64,000 bases of DNA from Patescibacteria group bacterium (GCA_038064415.1 JBBTTD010000003.1:2597-66596), one strand, 5' to 3'. Shown: positions 46,565 to 56,243, counted from the first letter of the stretch. Notes: generated from the letters alone by a model not told the origin. Numbers and translations: made by a program.

Positions 46565-47866
46565 ATGCCATATTTTCACTTATTTTCGGCCTTTACTAGC
46601 CATTTAGAGACTATTGTCGCTCAAGGTGGTTATATATTTCTATTCCTTACGACCATGCTTGAGGGCATACCACTTATAGGGATGGCTATACCAGGGCATG
46701 TAGCCATTATTATCGCGGGTTTTTTAGCTAAAATAGGCTTACTTGATTTGTGGCTAGTTCTTTTATTAGGTGTTGTGGGCGCGATGATTGGTGACTATAT
46801 CGGTTTTTATCTTGGCAGAAAATATGGATTGTCATTTATTGATCGTTTACGACCTTATTTTTTTATTACTGATCAGCATATTGAAAAAGCTAGCAATCTT
46901 CTAGCCAGACATACTGGCAAAGCCCTGATCATTGGTAGATTTAGTCCGGTAACACGACCATTGATGCCTTTTTTGGTCGGTGCCAGCAAGACATCGGAAA
47001 AGAGATTTTGGGTCTTTAATACTATTGGTGGAGCTAGTTGGGCGATTTTATCTGTCTTTATCGGATATATTTTTGGTGCTGGATATCATATTGCCGCTGG
47101 ATATCTTGGTAAATTCGCAATGTTTGCGATCGTTGTTTCAATCATCATTATCTGGGGTTATCATTTTGTAAATGTCAGATTTCACATCTTCAGGCGCTAT
47201 GAGCTGTTTATGCTGATATTAAACCTGTTTTCAATTTATGGTTTAGCCAGAACAATTCAAGATGCTCGTTTTACCATGATCAATCCGATTTGTTCCAGCA
47301 AAATTTGTACATTTGATGTTTATCTAAATCAATTTTTTGATGGAATTGACCGTATTCATCCATTTATTGTCACAATAAGTGAGTGGGTTACAAATATTGG
47401 TGGAACGGCCGTCATGACTGTTTTAGGGGTTTTGTTAATATTTTGGTTTTTGTTTCGCAAAAGATGGCGTTCCGCGGTAGTCACATTCATCTCTATTGGA
47501 TCTACAGGACTATTTCTTGGTTTGATGAAAGCATTCTTCATGCGCGCGCGTCCAGATAACGCTTTGATCTTGATTACAAACGATCCGAGTTTTCCTAGCG
47601 GTCATGCCGCCATGGTAGCAGCATTACTTGTGGTTGTGGCATATCTTTTTGCTCCGAAAATTAAATCACGATTTAAGCGTGAATTTATGATTGTGTTGTG
47701 TGTTCTTGCGATTATCGCGGTTGGTCTTTCAAGAGTTGTCTTGAATGTCCACTGGGCATCTGATGTTGTCGCTGGCTGGTCGTTGGGAATATTCTTTGCG
47801 ACGGCGTCGGTTTTACTTGTTAGGTATGTTGGAGTTTTGGTTGTCGGAAAAACAGATCGGAAATAA
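46565..47866 (+). CDS. Fusion protein: N-terminal DedA/SNARE-associated membrane domain + C-terminal PAP2 (type 2 phosphatidic acid / undecaprenyl-diphosphate phosphatase) domain
   Basis: DedA motifs GHVAIIIAGFLAK...GDYIGFYLGRKYG; PAP2 motifs KAFFMRARP, PSGHAAMVAAL, SRVVLNVHWASDVVAGWSLG. Confidence 0.65.
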   Translation: MPYFHLFSAFTSHLETIVAQGGYIFLFLTTMLEGIPLIGMAIPGHVAIIIAGFLAKIGLLDLWLVLLLGVVGAMIGDYIGFYLGRKYGLSFIDRLRPYFFITDQHIEKASNLLARHTGKALIIGRFSPVTRPLMPFLVGASKTSEKRFWVFNTIGGASWAILSVFIGYIFGAGYHIAAGYLGKFAMFAIVVSIIIIWGYHFVNVRFHIFRRYELFMLILNLFSIYGLARTIQDARFTMINPICSSKICTFDVYLNQFFDGIDRIHPFIVTISEWVTNIGGTAVMTVLGVLLIFWFLFRKRWRSAVVTFISIGSTGLFLGLMKAFFMRARPDNALILITNDPSFPSGHAAMVAALLVVVAYLFAPKIKSRFKREFMIVLCVLAIIAVGLSRVVLNVHWASDVVAGWSLGIFFATASVLLVRYVGVLVVGKTDRK

Positions 47867-48059
47867 TGTTTTTGAACCTTGTGGGTATTATTTTTTAGTA
47901 CCTGCGGAACTCGCTTCTTAAATTGCTAAGTAAAATGCTCAGGAATTACTCAAATCTTCGACTTGGTAATTCCAACGCCATTCGCATTTTACTAAGCAAT
48001 TTACAGTCGCTCAGATAGTCCTCGGTACTAAAAAATAATACCCACAAGGTTCAAAAACA
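47867..48059 (+). repeat. Copy 3 of 125-nt structured repeat element (core 47901..48025) nested in a perfect 34-bp inverted repeat
   Basis: TGTTTTTGAACCTTGTGGGTATTATTTTTTAGTA ... TACTAAAAAATAATACCCACAAGGTTCAAAAACA flank the conserved core. Confidence 0.8.
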
Positions 48060-48061
48060 GG

Positions 48062-49573
48062 CTATTTTTTAGTTATCAAAGATTTTCCCGTCATAGACTT
48101 GGGAATGTCAATTCCCAAAAGGTCTAATATTGTAGGCGCGATATCATAAAGAGCACCATCTTTTATAGAATATTCACTATCTGTAATGATGCAGGGGACT
48201 GGACTAGTAGTATGGGAAGTGTGGATAATTCCTGTGTTTGAATCAACATTAATTTCAGCGTTACCATGGTCTGCGGTAATCAAGGCGATGCCGCCTTTTT
48301 CTCCTAGAGTTTTAATGACTCGCTCCAGTTGCTTATCTGTAGTTTCAATGGCCGTAATAATCGCTGGAACATTGGCGGTATGTCCGACCATATCAGGATT
48401 GGCAAAATTTATGAAAATAAAATCCGTACCTCTTTCTATTTCTTTGATGGCGGCGTCGGCGATACTATCGGCGCGCATTTCCGGTGCTTGGTCATGAGTT
48501 TTAATATCTTTCCGGCTTGGAATCAAAATGTCTTGTTCTTTTTCATATGGATTTTCCAAACCACCGTTTAAAAAGTATGTGGCATGGGCGAATTTTTCAG
48601 TTTCAGCGATGCGAGCTTGGGATAGTCCAAAAGCTGAAATCTCTTTTCCTAAAGTTGTCTCAACTTTGTTTGGAGGAAAAGCCATGGCGCAAGTATAGTC
48701 TATGCAATATTCAGTTAGTGTCACAAACATAATGTTTTCTGATTTTGGTATTGCCATCATTTTCTGCGACAACATTCGAGCACGATCGGCGCGGAAATTG
48801 AAAAAGAACACAGCGTCATTATTTTTTATGGCACAACCACTTCCTTCTGGCGTCGCGCAAACGATTGGCTCCATTAATTCATCGCTTTTTCCATTTTTGT
48901 ATTGCTCCTCAATATATGCCGACGGTTTGATTTCACAGACATTTCCTTTGCAATCAAATATTGCCATTTCTACTTTAGCCAGACGATCCCAATTATTATC
49001 TCGGTCCATGGCGTAATATCTTCCAGAAATCGTGGCAATAAAGAAATTTGGACCAAGTCCAGCCAAGATCTTTTCTAATTCTTTAATATACTCCGAAGCG
49101 CTCTGTGGTGGTGTATCGCGTCCGTCAGTAAAAACATGGATTGCCACTTTTGGCACATTATTTTTTTTAGCTAGACGTAAGAATGCGTACAAATGATTTT
49201 GATGACTATGAACTCCGCCTGGACTAAGTAGACCTTGCACATGCAAAGTGGAATTGTATTTTTTGACATGATTAAATAGAGACAGAAAAGCCGGGCTTGT
49301 ATCAAATTCGCCAGAAGCAATTGCTTTATCAATCCTGGTTAAATCAGTATCTGCTGGTTTACCTGTTCCAATTGTCATATGTCCGACTTCACTATTGCCC
49401 ATTTGACCATCTGGTAGTCCTACGGCACTGCCTGAAGCTTTAAGCAGGGAATGCGGGTAAGCATTCCAAAGATAGTCAAAAAATGGTTTTTTTGAGGCGG
49501 CAATTGCGTTATTTTTTGTTTCTTCTCTATAACCCCAACCATCAAGGATGATGAGGGCGACGGGCTTTTTCAT
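48062..49573 (-). CDS. gpmI: 2,3-bisphosphoglycerate-independent phosphoglycerate mutase
   Basis: N-terminal MKKPVALIILDGWGYRE, metal-binding and Ser-phosphatase motifs; start corrected to 49573. Confidence 0.85.
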   Translation of the reverse strand: MKKPVALIILDGWGYREETKNNAIAASKKPFFDYLWNAYPHSLLKASGSAVGLPDGQMGNSEVGHMTIGTGKPADTDLTRIDKAIASGEFDTSPAFLSLFNHVKKYNSTLHVQGLLSPGGVHSHQNHLYAFLRLAKKNNVPKVAIHVFTDGRDTPPQSASEYIKELEKILAGLGPNFFIATISGRYYAMDRDNNWDRLAKVEMAIFDCKGNVCEIKPSAYIEEQYKNGKSDELMEPIVCATPEGSGCAIKNNDAVFFFNFRADRARMLSQKMMAIPKSENIMFVTLTEYCIDYTCAMAFPPNKVETTLGKEISAFGLSQARIAETEKFAHATYFLNGGLENPYEKEQDILIPSRKDIKTHDQAPEMRADSIADAAIKEIERGTDFIFINFANPDMVGHTANVPAIITAIETTDKQLERVIKTLGEKGGIALITADHGNAEINVDSNTGIIHTSHTTSPVPCIITDSEYSIKDGALYDIAPTILDLLGIDIPKSMTGKSLITKK

Positions 49574-50276
49574 GAGGTGATTGTAGCATTTCGGGGGAGA
49601 ATTATGAAATAATGTGTTCAAATGTTGATTATCATTAGAACACACTCATAAAGCACGAATTGAAGCCACTATCGCAATATAAATTTTGACATCTAGTCAA
49701 TTTGCTGAGCTAACATCATTAGGGCTTGCATCAGGCGTATAATACTTCTCGCGAGACATAACCCCCTCGCAGACTATTATGGCCAAAAAGCCAAATCCAG
49801 TACCAGCTCCTGCTCCGCAGCAGCCTACAACTCCTCCGCAGACCGTGTAGTTTGCGTGGATTTGCAACAAAGAAAACCTCTTGCGAGGTTTTCTTTGTAG
49901 TTGAGTGAGGAGATTGACCAGATTAACCAGTAAGATTATTTCATACGCAATACAACCCGCCGAAGCGGATTGTATGCCATAGGGTAGGCCACATATTTTA
50001 CAGAGGAGAAAGAAATCCAAAAATATAAGTGGGGTCGTAATCCAGCACTAAGGCTGGGTATAGTGTGACTCCTATAATGTGTGTTAAGGATCTTCTCCAT
50101 AGAAATGATAGTAGCCTAATATCAGTATGTACCCACGAATCAAAAAGTCAATCAAATTTTAGGGGAAAACACTGTGAACAAGATGTGTACATCAAGTAAA
50201 TTTCTGTGGATAAGATTTTAGAACACAAAAAATAAAATATGTATGCGCTAAATTCTCAAGCTATTTTAGTTTATCT

Positions 50277-53200
50277 CTATAGTCCTTTGACTCTTTCAAT
50301 CACAAATCCCTTTTCACCATTTCTAGTATTTATCGTTGCTTTAATGGCCAGACAACTATCTGGCATAATCAGCGCGCGAAATTCTCTGTAGACTCGAGGG
50401 AATACTACTGCTTCCGAAGAACCGGAAAAATCAGCTATGGTAATAAAAGCCATAGTTTCGTTATTTTTTGTTTGTACCAAACGGACTTCGTTTATGATTC
50501 CAGCTAATATGATTGATGCACCATCTTTCAGAGTCTCAAATGCTTTTTTTATATTTATGCCATTCTTGTCAATAATTGAACGATATTTTTCAAGTGGATG
50601 TCCAGAAATGTAGAGACCTAGAAGTTCTTTTTCCCAAGTTAATTTGTCGCGCATTTCTGCTAAAGGCGCGGGATTTAGACGCAAAGTCGGGACGCTAGAA
50701 GTGTCGGTCATTGTTCCAAAAAGGGAATTCTGGTCAGTGTGTTGATTGTTGCTTTCTTTATTATATCCAAGCAAAAGTTCAGTATTGGCAAGCATGACTC
50801 CACGATCTTCACCAAAACAATCCATAGCCCCCGCTTTAATTAACGACTCAAGAGATTTTTTGTTTAGATTTTTGTCTTTAATGCGATCAAGAAAATTTGC
50901 CAGTGAAGAGAATTTACCATTCTTTTTGCGTTCCTCAATAATAGCAGTTGATATTCCTTGCCCAAAGTTCTTAATAGTTACAAGTCCAAAGCGGATACGG
51001 TAATGATTATTGATTGGAGCAAGCGCATTTCCGCCTTGCTCATCTTTTATTACGGTAAACTGACTAAAACTCTCATTGATGTCTGGTGGCAGGACCGGAA
51101 TCCCAATACGCTTGCATTCAGCAATAGTCTCCGCTACTTTTTCCGTATCACCTTGTTCAGAAGTCAAAACGGCTGATAAGTATATTTCTGGAAAATGCGC
51201 TTTCAGATATGCGGTTATATAGGCGACACGACCATACGATACCGAGTGTGCTTTGTTAAATCCATAAGCCGCGAACGGCTCAATCCATCTCCAGATTTCT
51301 TTGGCTTTTTTCTCAGACCATTTACTGTGATTGATACAACCCTGGATAAATTTTTCCTTTTGTAGTCCCATTTCCTTTGGAATCTTCTTACCGACCGCTT
51401 TGCGGAATTTGTCCACCTCAATCCAGCTGTATCCAGCCAGATCATGCGCCATGATTAAAAGATCATCCTGATAAACTAGCACGCCATAAGTTTTTTTAAG
51501 AATTTTTTCCAGCGCAGGGTCAAGATATTTGATTTTTTTCTGATCATGTTTTCTTTTGATATATTCAGGGATAAATTGAATTGGTCCGGGTCGATAAAGT
51601 GCCACCATGGCGTTGATGTCATGAATCGTGCTGGGCTTCAAGTCTTTCAGGAATCGGGTCATACCATCTCCGTTTAATTGAAAGAGGTCAGCGGTTTCTC
51701 CGCGCGCCAACATTTCAAAAGTTTTCTTGTCATTTACAGGAATAGTTTCTGTGTCAATTAGAACGTCATCAATTTTCTTGATCCTCGCGACGGTATCGGC
51801 AATTATCGTCAGATTTTTCAAACCTAGAAAATCAAACTTCAACAGTCCGGCTTCCTCAATGGAATACATATCATATTGAGTGATGATTTTACCTTCTCCT
51901 TTGGGATCAAATTGCAGCGGTGTATAGTCGGTAAGCGCACTTGGCGATATGACTACGCCCGCGGCGTGCACTCCAATGTGACGAGCGCAACCTTCAATTT
52001 TTTTTGCCATATCAATGATTCGACGAGTATTTGGTTCTTCTTTGTACGCGGATTTCAATTCTGGAGTTTCATTCAAGGCGCGATCAATTGTCATTGGAAA
52101 ACCTTGCGAACCAATCGGGATCAGTTTGGAAATTCGGTCACCGATTTCATAAGGGAATTCCATAGCGCGAGCAACATCACGGACTGAACCACGCGCCGCC
52201 ATAGTTCCGAATGTACCGATTTGGGCGACTCTATCTGCGCCATATTTTTTGCGGACATAATCAATAACCTCGTCTCTACGATCATCGGCGAAATCCATGT
52301 CAATATCCGGAGGGGATGGACGGTCTGGATTCAAGAATCGCTCAAATGGGATTTCATATTCAATTGGATTGATATTCGTAATCCCAGCTAAATATGTAAC
52401 CATTGATCCGGAGACCGACCCTCTAATATTTGAGAGAATTTTATTTTCTCGAGCAAAACGAAGCATGTCTGCTACCACCAAAAAATACGGGGCATATCCT
52501 TTGTCTCTGATCACTTTGAGTTCATATTCGGCGCGTTTAACAATTTCTTCGGTTTTTTTTACATCTCGTTGGACAAATCCTTCAAAAACTATATGCCTAA
52601 GTTCATCGTCTGGCTTGCGACCACTCTCAATCGTCAGGTCGGGGAAGACCCATTTTCCTAAAATCAACTCAAGGTTGCATTGCTCAACGATTTTGGTTGT
52701 GTTTTCCAAAGCATCGGGCGAATCCCTGAATAATTCTTCTGCTCGTTCTGATGAGATGAATGAGAAGTCGTCTTCATCGCTGTCGGAAATTTTATCCGAT
52801 GCATCGCTATGGGAATTGACACGCACCAATGTTTCTCTAGCGAGACGATCGTCGGGTTTTATGTAATAAACATCATGAGCGGCCATTATGGGAATTTTCT
52901 GACTTTTAGCGAATTGAATCAATGTCTTCATGTTGGCTTCATGGCCATCAATTTCTGGGTGGTGTGTGATTTCTATGAACAGACGCGGATAAAAATGAAG
53001 GTCAGGCCTTGGGTGATTTGGTGTTAAGGCCTGACCTTCATTTTTCTGACCTTGCTGAAAAACTTTTTTATAAAATTCCGCAACCTCTTTCGCCTTGTCC
53101 TGATTCCTACTTTTTAGCGATTGAGCGATTTCACCTGAAAATGAAGGCGAAATGGCAACCAATCCCTCATTATATTTTTCCAAAAGCTCGCGATCTATTC

Positions 53201-53555
53201 GCGGTTTGTAGTAGAACCCTTCAAGGTGTGATTTTGTAACTAATTGAATGAGATTTTTATAGCCCGTTTCATTCATGGCTAATAGGACCAATCGCGTACG
53301 ACGGTTGTCTATTCCCGCCTGCATATCTTTGCGCGATCGTGTCGCGACATAAAAATCAACACCGATAATCGGCTTTATACCTCTGTTTTTGCAAGTTTTA
53401 TAGAATTCAATCGCGCCATAGAGATTGCCATTGTCAGTCAATGCTAAAGATGTCATTCCAAGACTTTTGGCTTCACCAACCAAATCATCAATTTTCGGCA
53501 GAGCTGAAAGCAAGGAATAGTGGGAGTGGGTATGGAGGTGGGTGAAGAGGGACAT
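50277..53555 (-). CDS. dnaE: DNA polymerase III alpha subunit
   Basis: N-terminal PHP domain HLHTHSHYSLL, polymerase core, HhH and OB domains; 1092 aa. Confidence 0.9.
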   Translation of the reverse strand: MSLFTHLHTHSHYSLLSALPKIDDLVGEAKSLGMTSLALTDNGNLYGAIEFYKTCKNRGIKPIIGVDFYVATRSRKDMQAGIDNRRTRLVLLAMNETGYKNLIQLVTKSHLEGFYYKPRIDRELLEKYNEGLVAISPSFSGEIAQSLKSRNQDKAKEVAEFYKKVFQQGQKNEGQALTPNHPRPDLHFYPRLFIEITHHPEIDGHEANMKTLIQFAKSQKIPIMAAHDVYYIKPDDRLARETLVRVNSHSDASDKISDSDEDDFSFISSERAEELFRDSPDALENTTKIVEQCNLELILGKWVFPDLTIESGRKPDDELRHIVFEGFVQRDVKKTEEIVKRAEYELKVIRDKGYAPYFLVVADMLRFARENKILSNIRGSVSGSMVTYLAGITNINPIEYEIPFERFLNPDRPSPPDIDMDFADDRRDEVIDYVRKKYGADRVAQIGTFGTMAARGSVRDVARAMEFPYEIGDRISKLIPIGSQGFPMTIDRALNETPELKSAYKEEPNTRRIIDMAKKIEGCARHIGVHAAGVVISPSALTDYTPLQFDPKGEGKIITQYDMYSIEEAGLLKFDFLGLKNLTIIADTVARIKKIDDVLIDTETIPVNDKKTFEMLARGETADLFQLNGDGMTRFLKDLKPSTIHDINAMVALYRPGPIQFIPEYIKRKHDQKKIKYLDPALEKILKKTYGVLVYQDDLLIMAHDLAGYSWIEVDKFRKAVGKKIPKEMGLQKEKFIQGCINHSKWSEKKAKEIWRWIEPFAAYGFNKAHSVSYGRVAYITAYLKAHFPEIYLSAVLTSEQGDTEKVAETIAECKRIGIPVLPPDINESFSQFTVIKDEQGGNALAPINNHYRIRFGLVTIKNFGQGISTAIIEERKKNGKFSSLANFLDRIKDKNLNKKSLESLIKAGAMDCFGEDRGVMLANTELLLGYNKESNNQHTDQNSLFGTMTDTSSVPTLRLNPAPLAEMRDKLTWEKELLGLYISGHPLEKYRSIIDKNGINIKKAFETLKDGASIILAGIINEVRLVQTKNNETMAFITIADFSGSSEAVVFPRVYREFRALIMPDSCLAIKATINTRNGEKGFVIERVKGL

Positions 53556-53643
53556 AAGTATAGTTTAATAGAAAGAAGAAAATAAGCAAAGAAGCAAAAA
53601 TTTGCATATTGAGTGTTTGTGGTTTAAGAAGTAAGATTAAATT

Positions 53644-54288
53644 ATGGCTAAAATTAAAGGATTAAAAGATTCTGGCATTGAATACTTGATTGGCATTGAC
53701 GAAGTCGGTCGTGGACCAATTGCAGGGCCAGTTGCCGTTGGCATCTTTCTTATTTCAGCTAATAATTTTGTGCATGTCAGAAAACTATTCCAAGGAGTTA
53801 AAGAATCAAAACAATTAACCGAGGTGAAAAGGGAAGAGTGGTTTGATATTATTGAACAAGCGAAAAAGGTCAAACATATTGATTTTCAAGTGACATTTCA
53901 GAGCGAGAAAATTATTGATTCTAAAGGATTGTCGTATGCAATCAAAAAATCATTGACAACTTCATTGAAATTAGTTTTGATTCGCAATAAAATCAGACCT
54001 AAACAAGTACGAATACTTCTAGATGGTGGTTTAAAAGCGCCAGCAAATTATCCCAATCAAAAAACAATCATTAAAGGCGATGAAAAAGAAATGGTTATTG
54101 CGCTGGCTTCAATCTGCGCAAAAGTTTTGCGTGATCGGAAAATGAGTAAAGTAGCAAAAAAATATCCAAAGTATGGATTTGAGAAACATAAGGGGTATGG
54201 GACAAGGGGACATTATAGAGCGATTAGAAAATATGGAATATCGTCAGTACATCGTAAAAGTTTTCTGAAAGATTTCAAAAGCAGATAA
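53644..54288 (+). CDS. rnhB: Ribonuclease HII
   Basis: GIDEVGRGPIAGPVAVG catalytic motif, 214 aa. Confidence 0.85.
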   Translation: MAKIKGLKDSGIEYLIGIDEVGRGPIAGPVAVGIFLISANNFVHVRKLFQGVKESKQLTEVKREEWFDIIEQAKKVKHIDFQVTFQSEKIIDSKGLSYAIKKSLTTSLKLVLIRNKIRPKQVRILLDGGLKAPANYPNQKTIIKGDEKEMVIALASICAKVLRDRKMSKVAKKYPKYGFEKHKGYGTRGHYRAIRKYGISSVHRKSFLKDFKSR

Positions 54289-54454
54289 TGAAAAACTGGC
54301 GGCAACAATCGGAATGATTGCTTAGATCCGCCAGTAAGACTCCTTAACAAACCAACTAATAGGTTGTCTAGGTTGCAGCCATAGACACGCCTCATTTTTA
54401 GCGCCCCCACAGTTATTGTTTGTTCTAAGGTTATTTTAGCACAAGTTTTGTCTA

Positions 54455-54496
54455 GATCCGTACCCCAGAAAGTGGACACTTTATGGGGTACGGATC
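54455..54496. repeat. Near-palindromic hairpin motif, copy A (13-bp stem, 16-nt loop)
   Basis: GATCCGTACCCCA-GAAAGTGGACACTTTA-TGGGGTACGGATC; a second copy at 55524..55555. Confidence 0.6.
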
Positions 54497-54658
54497 AAGA
54501 TATAGACAATCAAGAGTTTAAGCCAAGGTCTTGACGGATGTGATAGATATGGTATACTACCGCTAGATACCTCTCCCCACGTATCTAGACCGATGTAACG
54601 CACTGCCGTCTGAAACGGATAGCGCGGGCACGAAGCCCTTCGGCCTCTTGAATGGGGA

Positions 54659-55342
54659 ATGTACATTGAAAGGTCAGTTATGAAAATGAGACAACTGTTG
54701 GAGTTGGCGAATAAAGATAACCCGATGCTGGTTAAATACGCCAAGCGCTGGGTTGCGACAAGAAACCCGTCCGTGAAAGAGGAAGCCAAGTTGCCCGACC
54801 CGGTGACGGCGGCGCGTGCGTGGTCTAGAAAATCCCGTCGTAACTTTCTGATTACGATAACACTACTCATTCCGTGTTCTGCACTTGCGTTGGCCACTAG
54901 GGTTGCACACGACGTTTGGCATGTCCATTTTGGCTGGTTTACCATCTTCCCCATTCTGGTGTTTGTTCTTTTCTTTTTGGATAGTTTGAGGGATTTCTTT
55001 CACAAACCAAAAGACATCATACGGTTCCTTGAGACCATGACACTGCTTGAGTGGGTTCCTATCAAGCGGCGGGGAGGAAATATCACACAACTTGGTCCGT
55101 TCCCCGCAGATGAGGACTGGGATCCTGAGGAAGCCTCAAGTCTCTTGACATCGCACCTGTGCGCGTTGGGAGACGAGATTCGTCGAATGGAAGAAAAAAG
55201 GTCTGATATTCCATGGCGCGTCTCGGAAGTTGAAGCGAAAATCGCGAAATTGAGAAAGATGTTTGCGGAGAGGCATCATTTCTTTCGACGGTTTTTTCAC
55301 GAAATTCCAGAAGGTTGGGACTACTACTTCAAAAAGTACTGA
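54659..55342 (+). CDS. Hypothetical membrane protein on GC-rich islet
   Basis: ORF track; 2-3 TM helices; local GC clearly above window average; competing antisense ORFs judged less likely. Confidence 0.35.
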   Translation: MYIERSVMKMRQLLELANKDNPMLVKYAKRWVATRNPSVKEEAKLPDPVTAARAWSRKSRRNFLITITLLIPCSALALATRVAHDVWHVHFGWFTIFPILVFVLFFLDSLRDFFHKPKDIIRFLETMTLLEWVPIKRRGGNITQLGPFPADEDWDPEEASSLLTSHLCALGDEIRRMEEKRSDIPWRVSEVEAKIAKLRKMFAERHHFFRRFFHEIPEGWDYYFKKY

Positions 55343-55523
55343 ACCTGTCTGACAGTTTCACCGCCCGTGTCGCGTTTTGCGACCCGGGTGGTTTTCTTTT
55401 TAACTGTGGTTGCAAAAACACCATGGAGGAAAAATATTACTGTCCAAACCTTCCATGCTGCTTTTCTTTTCCCTGTAGTATATTTTGGCATTGGTTTATG
55501 CCGCGCCTCTGGCGCACTGATCT

Positions 55524-55555
55524 GTACCCCACAAAGTGTCCACTTTATGGGGTCC
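55524..55555. repeat. Near-palindromic hairpin motif, copy B, immediately downstream of tRNA-Leu (minus strand)
   Basis: GTACCCCACAAAGTGTCCACTTTATGGGGTCC; ~90% identical to copy A (in either orientation because the motif is palindromic). Confidence 0.6.
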
Positions 55556-55561
55556 ATTTCA

Positions 55562-55648
55562 TGGTGCCCGGGGTGGGAATCGAACCCACATGACCTTGCG
55601 GTCGACAAATTTTAAGTCTGTTGCGGCTACCAATTACGCCACCCGGGC
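55562..55648 (-). tRNA. tRNA-Leu (anticodon TAA), long variable arm
   Basis: Manual fold of reverse complement: acceptor GCCCGGG/CCCGGGC, anticodon loop CTTAAAA, long variable arm, T-arm GTGGG-TTCGATT-CCCAC, CCA encoded. Confidence 0.8.
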
Positions 55649-55677
55649 AATACTAGTCATTAATTACTAATAACTAG

Positions 55678-55753
55678 TGGGAGGCCACGGCGGGAATCGA
55701 ACCCGCGATAGCGGTTTTGCAGACCGCGGAATTACCACTTTTCTACGTGGCCC
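55678..55753 (-). tRNA. tRNA-Cys (anticodon GCA)
   Basis: Reverse complement folds with anticodon stem GCGGT/ACCGC, loop CTGCAAA, T-arm GCGGG-TTCGATT-CCCGC; exact end coordinates +/-2 nt. Confidence 0.7.
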
Positions 55754-55841
55754 AACTAGTCTCAAAGTCCATAAATTCTATGGTTTTAAAGACTTTACTA
55801 TAGTAGCATGTAATTTTGCAGACTTTAAGGACTTTATGGCT

Positions 55842-56165
55842 TTACAGACTTTTTTCAATTTCGTCTATTTTAATCCTATTTTTCTCGCCAAGATCAATCG
55901 CTACTTCAAAAAATGGAATACGACCAATGCGGGATTTTTCCATTACATATTGACGAAAATCAGTTAGTTGACGATGGGCAAATTCAAGCGCAACCGCCTC
56001 TTTTTCCACGGGTAACACCGTCATCAGAATGCGCGCCTTTCCACCTCCGCTAAAGATCTCAACGCCCGTAATTGTGATTAGTGATTGTCTATTTGATTCG
56101 CGTGAAAAAAATTCCGCGGCGAGTTCACGAATGATTTCTTTAAGTTTATTGTCTTTGTCAGTCAT
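55842..56165 (-). CDS. rbfA: Ribosome-binding factor A
   Basis: 107 aa, RbfA pattern (REL...TITGVEIFSGGGKARILMTV), immediately downstream of infB on the same strand. Confidence 0.7.
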   Translation of the reverse strand: MTDKDNKLKEIIRELAAEFFSRESNRQSLITITGVEIFSGGGKARILMTVLPVEKEAVALEFAHRQLTDFRQYVMEKSRIGRIPFFEVAIDLGEKNRIKIDEIEKSL

Positions 56166-56243
56166 AATTTAGTTATCGTATAGTATATTCTTTTATGGTT
56201 ATGTCATGAATTCCGGCTTTTGTGGGAATGACAAACTGACATA

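Noticed and set aside
49697-50020. 107-aa minus-strand ORF with Gly/Cys-rich segment (CGGVVGCCGAGAGTGFGF)
   Set aside because: The reading frame passes through a perfect 13-bp GNRA hairpin and a UUCG hairpin, and a competing Pro-rich ORF occupies the other strand. More likely non-coding; not listed as CDS.
49650-50270. tmRNA (ssrA) in the gpmI-dnaE gap
   Set aside because: No tRNA-like T-arm (GGTTCGAnTCC) and acceptor/CCA end could be found on either strand; the region is kept as an unassigned ncRNA candidate instead.
55315-55967. ORFs 55315..55593, 55324..55608, 55367..55615, 55677..55967
   Set aside because: They overlap the tRNA-Leu and tRNA-Cys genes and the palindromic motif; no coding signal, high-GC frame artefacts.
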